From Euglena gracilis (taxonomy: Eukaryota): a stretch of 64,000 nucleotides of DNA. The stretch spans positions 13,014,716-13,078,715 of the forward strand of contig CP154954.1 in assembly GCA_039621445.1 (NCBI GenBank), written 5' to 3'. A program made the position numbers and the translations under genes. A model generated the notes under the pieces. It saw nothing but the letters and a program-made list of their open reading frames with translations, did no database searches and was not told where the DNA came from. This document shows, one piece after another, positions 1-13,503 of the stretch. Each line of letters begins with the position of its first letter. Position 1 is the first letter of the stretch.

Positions 1-3000
1 AATCAGCAATTCATCAAGCGTTTTTATTGTGGCCAACCAACCCACGACCCCCACACTCAAGAGAAGTTTGGCCAGCTATTTTTTTTGTTTCTAACGTCTT
101 TCTACAACGAGTTGCATGGTCGTCAGGGCATTTCTTTTTGTAAGTGTGTGTCGTAAATGTTATGGCGTAATGTACACCACTTTTTTTCTCAAAAAGGAGT
201 TTGAAGTCAATTCCTTCAGTATTATTTTTAGGTTTGCTTGGAAACCAATTTGCAAAAATTTTGTCATGTTGATACCAGGGACTGCGCCAACGGACCCCGT
301 GCCATATGCTGACGACACATCCCAGCACCTTCCTCTCGGCCTGAGAATGGAACGCCAAGTAAAAACCCTTGTGTTATCAGTGGGGTTTGTCACCAAAGAC
401 ATTGGCTGAGCAATGTATAATTTAATAAGGGACAATCAAAAAAGGCTTTGGGTGATATACAAAAGGCTTTGGGTCAATATTTCAACCTCATTGTGCAAAG
501 TGCATAACCCCCCAGGAGCACCAGGAAAAAACAGCGCACATGCCCTTGCGGGGGGGGGGGGTAAGCAAAAAATGACTCAGAAAAAATTGCTGTTAAGGAA
601 TTTTCTTTTGTCGGTGCGAATGCTCGCAATGTTTTTCTACGACCATCCTGTGTGTCCGCTCTATGTGCAATTTTGTATGTTTTATCTCCTTCACCAATCA
701 TTTTCATGAAAATGATGTAAAAACAGAGCTATATTATATTTTTTTTTGCATGCAGCTGTTCTTCGTTTTCACATTGCACACTGTTCCCATTCACAAACCT
801 TAAACAATTTACACTGAAAACAGGAAAAAAGGTAGCTGTACATTTCATGAGGCAAACGAAAGAACAAGCAGCATGTTTTCCACAATTTCAGCCGAAGGGA
901 TGGATTGCGCAAATGCGTTACACTGACCATGTGCATATTTGCACACACCATCCATTTGTGTACAGACCCCGAGGCAGGTAAAAGCAAAAACGTTCATCAA
1001 AAATTCCAGGGAGAAGCAGGAGAGAAACAATGGGTGTAGGGTGTGTGTAGGGGGGAGGGTTCCGGGACTGTCGTGCATATCAGGGATTTTGTGTCGTGCA
1101 GAAATAAAAAAGCCAAAAAAAGAAATTCGGCCAAAGTTGTGGAGTGACAGCCCCAAAAAAAGAGAATTCGCTCAGATCTCTCGCACTCGTGAACCCCCTC
1201 GATCCAATTTCTCAAAGTTCTTGACTTCCTTGCGAAGAAATAAAATTCCGGACGTGTATGTGTTTGCGCACACCAAACAAAAGAAGTTTATTTGTGAGTT
1301 ATGCCGTCCAAGTCAGTGAAAAAAGTGTGCTCCTGGCATTTCATTCAGTTTCAGTTCCAGGTTAAATCAATTTCAATTCAAAATCAGTTTCAATCAATTT
1401 CAGTCAGTTTGGCACCCACCCACCCACTGTCGGAAAGGGCTGTTGGGGCCAATATGGCTTTGGTCTTTACATTCCATTGGTCGGCCATTCCCATGTTTTC
1501 CCTCCACCGCGTGTCCAGATCACAGCCTCGGTAGCCATATAGCCACCGTGCAGGCCATGTTTGCCGCCTTTTTTTTTAGGTCACCCCTCCTGCTACAAGT
1601 TCACATGTGCTGCTTCTCTTTTCCAGTCACTCCCATTGTCCATCACCCTTTCTTATCTCCCCCAATTCTCTTTCTGGATTCTGTTTCTGATTCTTTCTTT
1701 TTTATATTTATATTTATTTGAATTATTTTAATGCCAGAAAATAGAACAACGTCAGTGGGATGTGGGGAAAATTGCGATTCTTTTTGGAAGAGCATTTGGA
1801 AGGCCCCTCACACATGCTCCCATCAACAACTATCCCAGATGATTCTGGGCCTGTTCCACTGGAACTTGGTGCTCCAGATTGGCGGATGTGTTGCAAGTGT
1901 GTTATTTGGGCAGCCAGACAGACAGGCAGACAAATAAACCGAGACAGAAAGAGTGAGAGGGAGGGGTGGGATAGGTGGGTCTGGGGCTTTCGGGAATCCC
2001 CAAACCCCAATGGGTAATGGGCGGTGGGTGGGGTGGTCGATCCCCAGGGGCGGCTGCACGGGCAGGTGGGATGGTCGACCAGATAGGTGGTCGACAACCC
2101 ACCCATCCAAGCCCGCAGAAAAAATTCTGACCTTAAAACCAGTATTATGGGAAGGCCTTGCAGGTATGGGGGGGGGCACAAGGCTCTTGGGGTCCCCTGC
2201 TGGAATGCGAGGTTCGGGCTATTTTTGGCACGAAACACAGACTTTTTCTAACCCCCGAAATGTGGGGAACTGCTGGGAGAAACCCTGGGTCGGTGCGCCT
2301 GGCAGGGGGCATGGGTACCTTCCCCTGGTCTCTGAAAAATACCTGATTTATATGCAAGAAAGGGAGGCAGACAGAGAGACAGATATTGGTTGTTGCATGC
2401 ATTGCGTTGCATTTTTATAATGTCAATGTTGTTATCCTCTGACACAAATTGACCAAATATTCCAGTACCTGGGGCATGGCATTTTCCAAACCTTTTTTTT
2501 GCACCGTTGCTTTTTGACGTTCGGGCAATCACCGTGAAGAATCTCGATGTCTGCTGGGTGGGAGAGAAAAAGGAGGTCTCCCCGCAACAGGTCTCCCCGC
2601 CCTGTTGCCATCACTCAGCGATTGTCGCAAAGTCCATTTTCAGTCCAGATGATAGTTGAGAAGAACGGATAGCTCCGGTTGCCACAGTATTTTTTTTTAT
2701 ATTTAAGTTAAAACAGGCGCAATGAACCTGATGGGTGCAGCAGAGCAGGAGCACACCACGCCGCGGACCAGTTGCCTGGAGCCCTTTCGCGAACCCGCCC
2801 AAATTATTTTAGACCCCCCGCGTGATAGCTGACCTTCAACCTGCCGGCCAGTATCAGCCCACAAGACAAGGAGCCTGGCTTCTGATTCTGTAACGGATAA
2901 TTCATATATGACGTCAATCTCCCACATTTAATTTGGAGTGGTTGTTTCCTAGACATGAATGAATTGAAGCACAGACCCATATCTGAACAAAGAATTTTTT

Positions 3001-3945
3001 TTGCCTTCGTCGTATTTTTGAAAATAAAAATTCAGCGGCATGTGTCAGGGATTGGTGCTCATACCTAAGAGATAATTACGGATGATTACAGACAACTACG
3101 GATAAGCCCATTTTTTTGGTTGTTGAAGCCAATTTTTGGAATTGTAGGCCATTTTTCGCTGCTGCTTCTGGGTATTTTGACCACTTTTTGACTGCCTTTG
3201 CCTGCTTTTTGGGCAATTTTGGCCTCCTTTAGCAGGTTTTTTGTCATTTTTGGGCATTTCTGACTGCTTTTGGTTGCCTTCGGTCATTTTTATATTTTTC
3301 TGACTGTTTTGCCGCTTACCATTTTTAGCCCACATTTTGGCCATTTCTGGCTGTTTCTGGCCGCTTTCAGCCATTTTGTGGTCATTTGGATTCTTTTTTG
3401 ACTAGGTTTAGCTTTTTGTGCTTTTGGGGGGGGGGCGTTTTACTGCTTCTGGCTGCTTCTAGTTGCTTTTAACTGATTTAGTCATTTTCAGTGATATTTT
3501 CCTTATTGTACGCATTTCTGAGGCGATGTTAGGAGCCATTTCTGGGTGGATGTGCCCAGTCAGCACAGGCATTGTTGCAATTTTGAATAATTACGGGTAA
3601 TTGCAGATAGCAACGAATGTTTCCCCATGCTCTTATATTCGTCCTAATGCCCATCTCTCAATAGCAATGCGAGGCTTGCAGCCGTCACTCAGTCTCCGCT
3701 AAGATCCCGTGCCCTGGTCGCCATTGTATTGCCGTACCCGCGCCAGGTATGCAAGGTGTAAACAGCCTATCGGCTCATGACCCATCTCTGTTCACTCCCC
3801 TCGTTGTTTGACGAGGTGTCTCTCGCATTCCAGGCAGGGCGTCGCTTAAGCCTAAGGGCACCTCATCCCCGGGTGGGATGGTCCACCAGCCAGCTGCCTT
3901 TTTCAGTCTCGGACCCCCCTATCGAGGGGTTTGATTTACTTTGCA

Positions 3946-4922
3946 CTTAGGCGGCCTAACTTGCACTTCAGGTTTTGATCTTTGCATTGCGCCTAAGCGC
4001 AATGTTTGCAATCTTTTAAAACGGCAGTGAAACCCACCCTTTTGACCCTTTGGCCCCACGGAGACCCTCCATGGTGACAGCTGCATCATTTGCCGATGTT
4101 GGGACCCATGGAACAGGCCCAATTTTGGTGTTTTTTCAGCCTGTTCACCGTTTTAAAATAAGGTTCAAGACCCAGTATTTGAACTCCGGGACACGTGAAT
4201 ATTCCCAAAAAAAAGTCCCAAAACCCCATTGCGAGTTCCTCTTTTTTGAAGCCTTGTTTGTGTTCCCAGGTGGTGCTACACAGGCCGGGTGAAATTTGGC
4301 CCTTTTTTTGCTTTTTTAGGTGCGATATGTCTGTGAAGGGTTGACTGCTAAGGCATCCAGAGAGTGGACTCTGCACACACATTGTGAACAGTTGGCACCA
4401 TAGAAATACAATTTTTAAAATTCTAATGCAGCGTGGTTGTAGCGCCGATGCGCAATGTTGACCCAATTTCAAGACAATGTGACTGAGAGTTTCCTTCCAC
4501 CTGTCCTAAGTTTTGTCCTCTGTCCCCTCTGGTGTTCATGAATGTGCCCGTTACGCGGATGCGCAATGAAAACACATGTTGACAAATATGTTTTTGTTAT
4601 TGTGCAAGTGCGCAATGATCAGCCACATGTATAATTACAAAAAAAATTAAACATCACGTAGGGTGTACGGACACATTAATTCGGATTGTACTGAACCTCA
4701 GGCCTAGATGTTCCAAAACAGGCCTGTTTGGGACATCGGCGAATTTTTTCAGTCATTTTCAAAGCTAATTTTGTACCCCAGCCCTGGGGGTACAGCTAGA
4801 AACTAATTCGGACTGTCCTCAACCTCAGGATTCGGTGTACCAAAACAGACCTTTTTGGGAAATTGCGCATCAGCGAAATTTCCAGTCATTTTCAAAGCTA
4901 AGTGCGAGTTTGGCCGCCTAAG
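3946..4922. mobile_element. Non-autonomous TIR element (~977 bp) with a 5-bp TSD candidate
   Basis: Termini CTTAGGCGGCCTAACTTGCACTT / AAGTGCGAGTTTGGCCGCCTAAG; TTGCA at 3941-3945 and 4923-4927. Related ends at 49216-49238 and 50516-50765. Internal ~125-bp tandem repeat at 4680-4900. Confidence 0.75.
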
Positions 4923-6153
4923 TTGCAGCCCCAGAAGGAAGGCTGGACGGTGAAATATTCTTTTTTTTGAGGGGCACAAACGGACCAAATAACGCGCTAA
5001 AACGACCGGAAAAATTCCTGGCGAGCGCAATATTTGAGTCAAAAATTGATTTTTTTATACATATTTGGCCTTTTGGACAAGTGTTTTTTGAAGTTTCGAC
5101 TTTTTTTTCCTGCCCAGTTCGACCCCGGCAGCCTTTGACCAGCCAGCCCAAATTTTCCAGCCACCTGGGCGCGGGGGGAGGGTCCTCGGGCGATGTCCTG
5201 TTTCCAAATCTCTGTTCTTTGTAAGCCTCAGCTCCTGTGGCGGTTCAGAGGTCTTCCTGAATGCGATACTCCAACATGGCAACTGTCCGAATGTGTCCCA
5301 CTCCTAGGCTGAGGGGGAGGGTGGATGGGACCACGGAATGCTTCCCTCATCCCAGGGGTCAAATGTGTTTTATATTTATTAAGTCGCGGGATACACTCAG
5401 TGAATGTTCTGATTAGTTGTGTTCTTTTTTTTGATCCTATCATTCTTGGATATTTTCAAAATCTTTTAAAGGGTATTTTCAAGCCTTTCTGTTTTTTTTC
5501 CCTTTGCCCAGGTTCTGGGGGAAAATTGCTTCTGGTTATTGGCTGGTTTGATATCAAAGTTCTATGGGCACGTGTGATAATAGAAGAAGCAACTCCTTTT
5601 TTTGTTTTTATTGCATTAGCCATATCCTATTTTGCGGGTACCTGATTTGCTTTTAATCTCCTCGTTCTTTTGTGCCGCACCGATAATCCGTCACGCCACA
5701 GTTTAGGCGGGGGGGGGGGGCGCTCCTTGGCTCCTCAAACCATAAGATGGACCACCGCCTGGCTTTGTGTGTCCAACGCTGGGTTGGCTGCCTTGGAAGC
5801 CTTCCCAAACAGTCAAATGCACTTCGCCGCTGCCGTACTACAGCACAGGCGGGTATCTTGTGTGAACAACACGTTAGTTCCTGTTGTGCTGCTGCTGACC
5901 GTTTTCTGTACGCCCATCCAAGACCCAGAAGCACATCAGTGGAGCACTGGACCACTCTCTGCACACACATTCTTGCCGAAAAAAGGCAGCTTTTCCTGTT
6001 TGACGAAATGCAGCTTCGGTGATGTGAATCCATTTCAGCAAGTCTTCGTTTTCAGAAGGTCTTCAACTGGCATGATTTGTGAATTGACAAGACGACCAGA
6101 GATTCAAGTCCAATGCGCTCTTGTTGGATATTTTGGCTCCATGAACATGTTTT

Positions 6154-6335
6154 TTTCACTAAAAAAAAAATAGTAAACCAACAAAATATCACAATAAAAT
6201 GCTGAAAATGATGATCACGAGCAGAAAGGGTAACCTATTACTCAAAATGCTTGTGTTTCACTAAAAAAAAAATAGTAAACCAACAAAAATATCACAATAA
6301 AATGATGAAAAAATGTGATCACGAGCAGAAAGGGT
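6154..6335 (+). repeat. ~103-bp tandem duplication
   Basis: TTTCACTAAAAAAAAAATAGTAAACCAAC...GAGCAGAAAGGGTA occurs at ~6154-6231 and ~6257-6335. Confidence 0.85.
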
Positions 6336-7020
6336 ACTGAATGTTAAAGCTGGACACTGTCAAGCTGGCAAAAAAAATTGACATCTGCTTTCTAAAACGT
6401 GCCAGAAATGGCAAATTTGGTCAAAAATATACCATAAAAACGGTAAATCAAATCTCATATACGGTAAAATATATATGTAATTAATATTATTAGATATATA
6501 TATGTACATATATACACATATATGTACATATATACACATATATACACATATACACATATATACACATATATACATATATACATATATATACATATGTAGA
6601 TATAAACAATCCTAAAAATAAGACACCCCACATCAAATGGAACCCCCACCAAAAATAAGACCCCCCCTGGCCGGTCCGAGCAAAATCCATGAAATGGACC
6701 CCCCCATGAATATAAGACCCACCCCTGCCGGCGCGAAGCGCCGGATTTTTGAAAAATGGTACATTTTTGGGGGGAAAATCGGCTATTTTGGGACTGTTTT
6801 CACACAATTCAGCATATTTTATCCTATTTGTCTGGCGCGAAGCGCCGAATTTTTCGAAAAGTGGTATTTTGGGGTGCCATTTTTGGACATTTAGGGGGTC
6901 GAAAATTTTTCCAGCAAAAATCCATAAAATGGACCCCACGAATAAGACCCTATATATGAATGTATATATGTATATATATGTATATATACGTGTATATATA
7001 CATGTATATATATATAAAAA

Positions 7021-7314
7021 TATGGCAAGTGTTAAGTTCAGTACCCCCCCCCGGGGGGGGTACTGAACTTGACACCGGGTTGGGTACCCCCTTAATGAAA
7101 GGTATAGGGTTAGGTGCGCACATGCTGATTTGCGCTCATCGGCAACGTAGCGCTAATCGGCAATGTTGCGCAACATTGCCGATTAGCGCTACGTTGCCGA
7201 TGAGCGCAAATCAGCATGTGCGCACCTAACCCTATACCTTCAATAACGGGGGTACCCAACCCGGTGTCAAGTTCAATACCCCCCCCGGGGGGGGTACTGA
7301 ACTTAACACTTGCC

Positions 7315-7318
<4 letters not shown>
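7021..7318. mobile_element. Near-perfect ~300-bp spacerless palindromic (foldback) element inserted in a (TA)n tract
   Basis: Arms are reverse complements from TATGGCAAGTGTTAAG to CTTAACACTTGCCATA, centred on GTTGC|GCAAC at 7169/7170. Each arm holds its own AAGTTCA-C(n)G(n)-TGAACTT sub-palindrome. Confidence 0.92.
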
Positions 7319-7377
<59 letters not shown>

Positions 7378-7425
7378 GAGATATATATATATATATATAA
7401 ATAATATATATAATAATATTATATA

Positions 7426-7499
<74 letters not shown>
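7316..7499. repeat. (TA)n microsatellite
   Basis: Direct inspection; TA/CA-rich tracts also at 6490-6600 and 6950-7020. Confidence 0.97.
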
Positions 7500-7501
<2 letters not shown>

Positions 7502-7824
7502 CACCAGGCGTTTGCCACCCCTCCCAAGCTCTTCATCACCCATCATCTTTCCCCCCTCCCTAAATTTTGGCTCCTTGTGTTTAAGGTTTTTGGCTTCTTT
7601 TACAACTAGCACACCAAATTTCTAAAGTTACAATTTGGCCCCCCTAAGGTTGCCCCCTGGCACGGGACCAGGTCCCAGAGGAAGAGAGGAATGGCGAAGT
7701 TTTCCCCGTTATGGGCTCCCCTTCCCTTCACTGGTCTGTGGACCCCAAGGTATTGACCCTTCAATTACCCCCCAAACGATATGACCCTTCAATTACGAGA
7801 TTCCCCAAAAATAAATGCGATTGA

Positions 7825-8191
7825 CAGTTGGGGGGGATTGATTTCCAATATTTATATATCCAATATCCAATATATAACCAATATTTTTATGTTCTTTTTT
7901 GCCGTTGTCCACAATTTTCGCAATTTTTCCTCAATTTTTCGCAGTTTTTTTCCGTTCTACAATGAATTCCGGCAATTCCTTGAGCGTTCCACAAGGGAAC
8001 CGAGAAATTTCCAGTATTTACAATTTTTGACAAAATTTGTAAAAACTGCCCCCTCCAGCAGAAGTGTAAAAATACAAAAAAAACACAATTTCCGCAATTT
8101 TTTTGCGCAACTTTTCCGCAATTCCCGCAATTTTACATCAATTTTTCCGCAATTTTTCCGAAGGCCTCCGATATCAATTTTTCACCTCCTG
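7825..8191. mobile_element. Degenerate CAG...CTG TIR element with CCGCAATTTT-type subterminal repeats; paralog at ~11468-12016
   Basis: Flanks GCGATTGA / GTGATTCA (6/8 TSD match). The paralog shows clearer TIRs CAGGGGAGGAATTGATAT / ATATCAATTCCCCCTCCCTG. Confidence 0.65.
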
Positions 8192-11100
8192 GTGATTCAG
8201 CAAAAATTCAAACGAGAACCCCCCAAATAAGACCCCTGGTGCGAAGCGTCGGGGAGGGCGAATTTTTTCCTGAAAATTTTTGGGGTTTACCCCAACGATC
8301 CCTCATTTCTATGTGGGATTGTTTTTGGGCGTAGCGCCAGAGGATATTTTGTTTGTTTCTTTTGAAACCTGCCAAGGAGGGGGTTGCGGTCCAGGAACCC
8401 TCCCAACGTCTGGGGAGGGGGGCTACCACGTCACCCGCGGGGTAGGGGGGCGGACCCCCCACCACCTAACTCAAAACTGAAGGGCTTTCCATCTGTTCCT
8501 GAAAGTCCACTAGCCAGCCATTCTGCTAGCCACTAGAAAAGTTTCCCAGGACTACCGAACCCTGCTCAATTCTTGACACAAAAATGACGAAGTTTCAAAA
8601 AATTCTAGGGTTTTTGAAGTGAAACCCCCCAAAAAATTCGTTTCTTTAGGAACCTGAAAATAATGATTATTTTGGGCTCTAGTTGCTCAGGAAAACATCC
8701 AAATATTAGACCCCCCCCGAAAATAAACCCTCCTGGAGGTTTCCAGCAACAGAACCAAGAACAAGTCGTTTCGATTTTGGGGGGGGGTCAAGTGAATGTT
8801 GGTTTTGTACAGAGAATTCCAAACCACCCCCCTCCCTCTTCAAACTGATGGGAGGGATTCCGCTGACAGACTAGGCTTTTTTTTTTACAAGTGACCGACG
8901 CGAAGCACCAGAAAATTTTTGTTTGACCCCCCAAAACCTGTCAAAAATGCTTTTTGCTATTTTTTGGGGGGGAACAAAACCAGCCGAAAAAAGCCACACC
9001 AAAAACCCATTTTCACCTGGGCGAGCAGGCAGTTGGGGTGGGTATTCCAGACCAGGACCCTGGAGCTCCCAGGAGAAAGGGGTCCAGCCAGTGGCTTTTC
9101 TTGTGGCTAGTTTTCGGACCGCCTGGGGTCCCAAGACAGATCCTGGCTCTGATAATGAAATAGGTGTGTGTTTGTGTGTGTGTTTATGTGTTAGTGTGTT
9201 TGGTTTTTGATTACAGGTCTTTATTTTTCATTGCAAATTGTCCCATCATGCTGCACTGGTCCTGCACCTTTACCCCTGCGATCTGACACAAGGTTTTCAA
9301 AGTTCATTTGTGTTCGGCCCTGCTTGCTGGAGTACAGTAAGAGAACGCTTTCTTCCTTCCTACCTCATTCGTTGCACTGCGACCACTTTGGCCGTGCCAT
9401 GTCTTTGCCTGTGGGAACAGAGGGCTTTGTTTGTGGGTCAACTGAACTGCACTCGAACCATCCACTCCACTGGTGAGGTTGTGATCAAAACCTGCTTTTT
9501 GCGTTTTTCCCTTGTTTGACTCCCTGTGCGCGTGTTTTCAGGTGCCTACCCCCGCATCTGTAATGAACAGGGGGTCCGGACCTTCCAGTTTGTCAGCTTT
9601 TATAGCAATCAAATGCCATACACTCACGCTCAAAGAATTAGCCCATTTCGGAATCTCTAGATTTCATTTTGGTGTCCATTCGGCTTGGCAATCCCCCAAG
9701 CCCAATTTTGGGGGCTTAGGGGAAAATAATATTTCATGGGAGGTCCATGAAATATTATTGCACAATAAATATTGACTTTCCTTTTTATAGATTCCAGAAC
9801 ATTTCACATTACCAAGTAGTCAACCAACGATGGTGGGTGACGTGTGAACCGTCACTGCTTGATGGGACAAGATGCCGGAATATTTGGCACAATGCAGCTT
9901 TCGTGGCATCGCGCCTTTCCAACCCATCATGGAACCATGGCAACCTGCTAAGGTATATTTTTTGCAGTTTCAACTTTTTCTCCCCAGTTCGACCCCAGCA
10001 GCCTTTGTTCATTCAGCCCTCAGCCAGCCCCCCCCTCGGGGGGGTCCTAAAGCTACGCCTAAAGCTGATCTGAAATTAAAGCTGAGTGTATCCTATGACT
10101 CAAAAATATATAATACATGAGATGAGGTGTGCATTCCGGTGGTCCCATCCACCCTCCCCCTCCGCCTAGGAGTTGGACACATTCCGACGGTTGCCATGTT
10201 GGAGTATCGCAGGCAGGAAGACCAAAGCATTGCCACAGCAGCTGAAGCTTCCAAGAACAGAAATTTGGAAACAGGGTTTATTTTTTTGATCTGATCGTTT
10301 TTGGGTATTTTATTTATTTTATTTTTTTAAACTCTTTCCTTCTTTTGGTAATTTCGAGCCTCTCTGTTTTGCTTCAGAACTCCTGGCGCCTTTTTTTTCC
10401 CTCCGCCCAGGTTCTCGGGGGGAAAAAAGCTTCTGGTCATTAGCTGGTTTGATATCAGAGTTCTTTGGTGATGTGTCTTACGCTCCCATCAAGGCAATAC
10501 ATCTTGTGGTATTTCTCAGCAGGAAAACACACACACACACATCCGGGTTACCCTCTAATGAACACGAAGAAATTATTGTAAATTAATAATGTATTGTCCC
10601 AAAAATTTTTCTGATAGCAGAATTGGGGCTGGATAATAGAAGGAGAAACTCCCTTTTTTGTTTTTACTGTATCAGCCACATCCTATTTTGCGGGGCCCTG
10701 TTTTGTTTTTAATCTCCTCGTTCTTTTGTGCCGCACCGATAATCCGCCACGCCACAGTTTAGGCGCGGGGGGGGGTCACTCCCCGGCTCCTCAAACCGCA
10801 AGGGTTAGATGGACCACCGCCTTGTGTGTCCAACGCTGGGTTGGCTGCCTTGGAAGCCCTCTCAAACAGTCAAATGCACTTCGCCGCTGCCGTCCCAGCG
10901 CAGGCGGGTGTCTTGTGTGAACAACACGTTAGTTCCTGTTGTGCTGCTGCTGACCGTTTTCTGCACGCCCATCCAAGCCCCCATCGTCAGAAGCACACCA
11001 ATGGAGCACTGGACCACTCATTGCACACACATTCTTGACGAAAACAGGCAGCTTTTCCTGTTTGACGAAATGTAGCTTCGGTGACGTGTGTGTTTCTGTG

Positions 11101-13464
11101 GTCGGCTCGTCAATTCACAAATCATGTCAGTTGAAGACCTTCTGAAAACGAAGATTTGCTGAAATGGATTCAAGATGAGGTTATGTGCCACGACCTCCCC
11201 CTCTTCAGGTCCAATGCGATCTATTTGGATAGTTTTGGTCGTGAAAATCAAAATAAAACAATTACAACACATTGCTCAAAATGTCTTGGCTTGAATTTTT
11301 AAAAGCAGCTTCGCAGGAGGTGAATTTCAAATATGGCGAAGTTTTCCCCGATCTGGGCTCCCCTTCTCTCCACTATTTTGTGGACCCCAGGGTATTAATA
11401 CTCCCAAGTGGTATGACCCAATCCAATAATGAAACACCCCCAAAAGTAACCCACCATGAACCGAGCGACAGGGGAGGAATTGATATGTGCAATGTTACCA
11501 ATTTCCGTAATTTTTCGCAGTTTTTCCGCAACTTTCGCATTTTTCTCTCAATTATCCCACAAAATTTTTTTTCCCGTTCCACAATGAATTCCGGCAATTC
11601 CTTGAACGTTCCACAAGGGAACCGAGGTGTTATTTTGTTGCAAATTTGCCGAAATTTCCAATATTTTCAATTTTTGACAAAATTTGGCGATTATCGCGCC
11701 TTTTTCGGCTTTCCCCAATATCTTCTGCAGAAACAGCATGTTATCAAAATGCCAGTAGTCATGCTTATGGACCTTTTTGGTGGAAGGATGTGAATTTCTC
11801 TTACGAAGGATGTGAATTACGGCTCAAAATTTCCATCGATATTGCAAAATGAGGAATTTTGTGAATTTTTTCTGCCCCCTCCAGCAGTAGTGTGTTAATT
11901 ACCAAAACCGCAATTTTCGAATTTTTTTTGCGCAACTTTCCCGCAATTCCCGCAATTTTTCAGCAATTTACCCGCAATTTTTCTGAAGTCCTCCGATATC
12001 AATTCCCCCCTCCCTGCGATGAGCAAAAATTAGCCCCCTGTGCGAAGAGTCGGGGACGGTAATTTTTTCCTGAAAAAACTGGGGGGTTTAACCCAACAAT
12101 CCCTCATTTCTATCTGGGATGCCTTTGGGCGTAGCACCGGAGGAAAATTTTTCGCATCTTTTGAAACCTGCCGAGGAGGGGGTGTTTGCGGTCCAGACAC
12201 CCCCTCCCAACGGGGGGACTGCCACGTCACCCCCAGGGGTGGATGATACAAGAACGACTGAAAAAACAAACAAACAGAACAAAGAGAGAAGGCGCAAGGG
12301 GACGAAGCCTTTGGGGCTTAGCACCGGAGGAAATTTTTCGCATCTTTTGAAACCTGGCCGAGAGGGGGTGTTTGCGGTCCCAGATTCCATACCCCTCCCA
12401 AGGCGCGGGGACTGGCCAGGCGTCACCCAGGGGGTGGTCCAGATTCCCATCAAATTGTTCAGATTCCCATCAAATTCAAGGCTTCCCGTCTATCCCTGCC
12501 TGGGGGTCCCTTTAGCTGGCCACTAGAAAAGGTTCATTGAAGTTAAAAAAATTCTAGCATTTTTGGAAACGGACCCCCGCGTGTTATTTTTGGGAGGTGA
12601 AGTGTTTGTACAGGGGTGTTCCAGACCACTCCTCCCGTCTTCAGACTGTTGGGGTCTGGGACCCCCCAGGAACTAAAAAAAAAAATGTTTGTCCTCCTGC
12701 GCTTTGCGCCAGAAATACACACAAACAAACAGGAAAACACAATTTTAGGCCTTTTTCAAGTCCGAAACTTTTCCGTCCTTTTTTTCCCCGGGAGAAAGTA
12801 CAACCCCCCCCCCTCTGGGGGTGTCCAGCAGCCCCCCCCCCCCCCTGCCCGCTCTCTTCATAACCTGCTCGACCCCACTCCTCGTCAGAGACAAAAAAAA
12901 ATGGTTTAGCGACCGCCTCCCTCGTCGCTGGACGAACATTCATGTTCGTTGGACAGGGGGATGGGAGGTTGTTGGGTGTTGAGAAAACGTTCAGACCAGG
13001 CTGGACGCCAATTAACAATGCAACCCCATTCCTGGTGATCAGGCTCCCCCATGAGGGTTCACAGTACAACCCTGGGGGGGTCGACTGCAGCTAGTCCAAA
13101 TTTGGCTTGGACCCCTGGGGGAATTCTGCTTGCAGGATAGGTGTTTTTTTTAAAAAAAAAAAAGTGACCAGCGCGAAGCACCAGAAAAATTGACTGGCCA
13201 AAACCTGCCAAAAAATGGCCGTTTTGCAATTTTTGTGTATTTTTTTTGGAACAAAACCAGCCGAAAAAGAAAAAAAAACACTCCAAAAACCCGTCTCCAC
13301 CTGGGCCAGCAGCCAGTTGGGATGAGTTTTCCAGTTGGAAGACCTGGGGGACCCAAACCCCGGACCTCCCAGCAGAGAGGGGTCCAGCTAGTGGCTTTTC
13401 TAGTGGCTAGTTTTCGGACCCCAAGGCAGAGCCTGGCTCTCATAATGCAATGTGTGTGTGTGTT

Positions 13465-13503
<39 letters not shown>

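Noticed and set aside
2530-2780. Short coding-like patches with CAGG/CCTG hairpins
   Set aside because: No consistent strand, frame or splice geometry could be established.
3747-3833. GT-AG intron-like segment on the plus strand (CAG|GTATGC...TTCCAG|G)
   Set aside because: The flanking frames lack codon bias or a recognisable protein; it could be chance.
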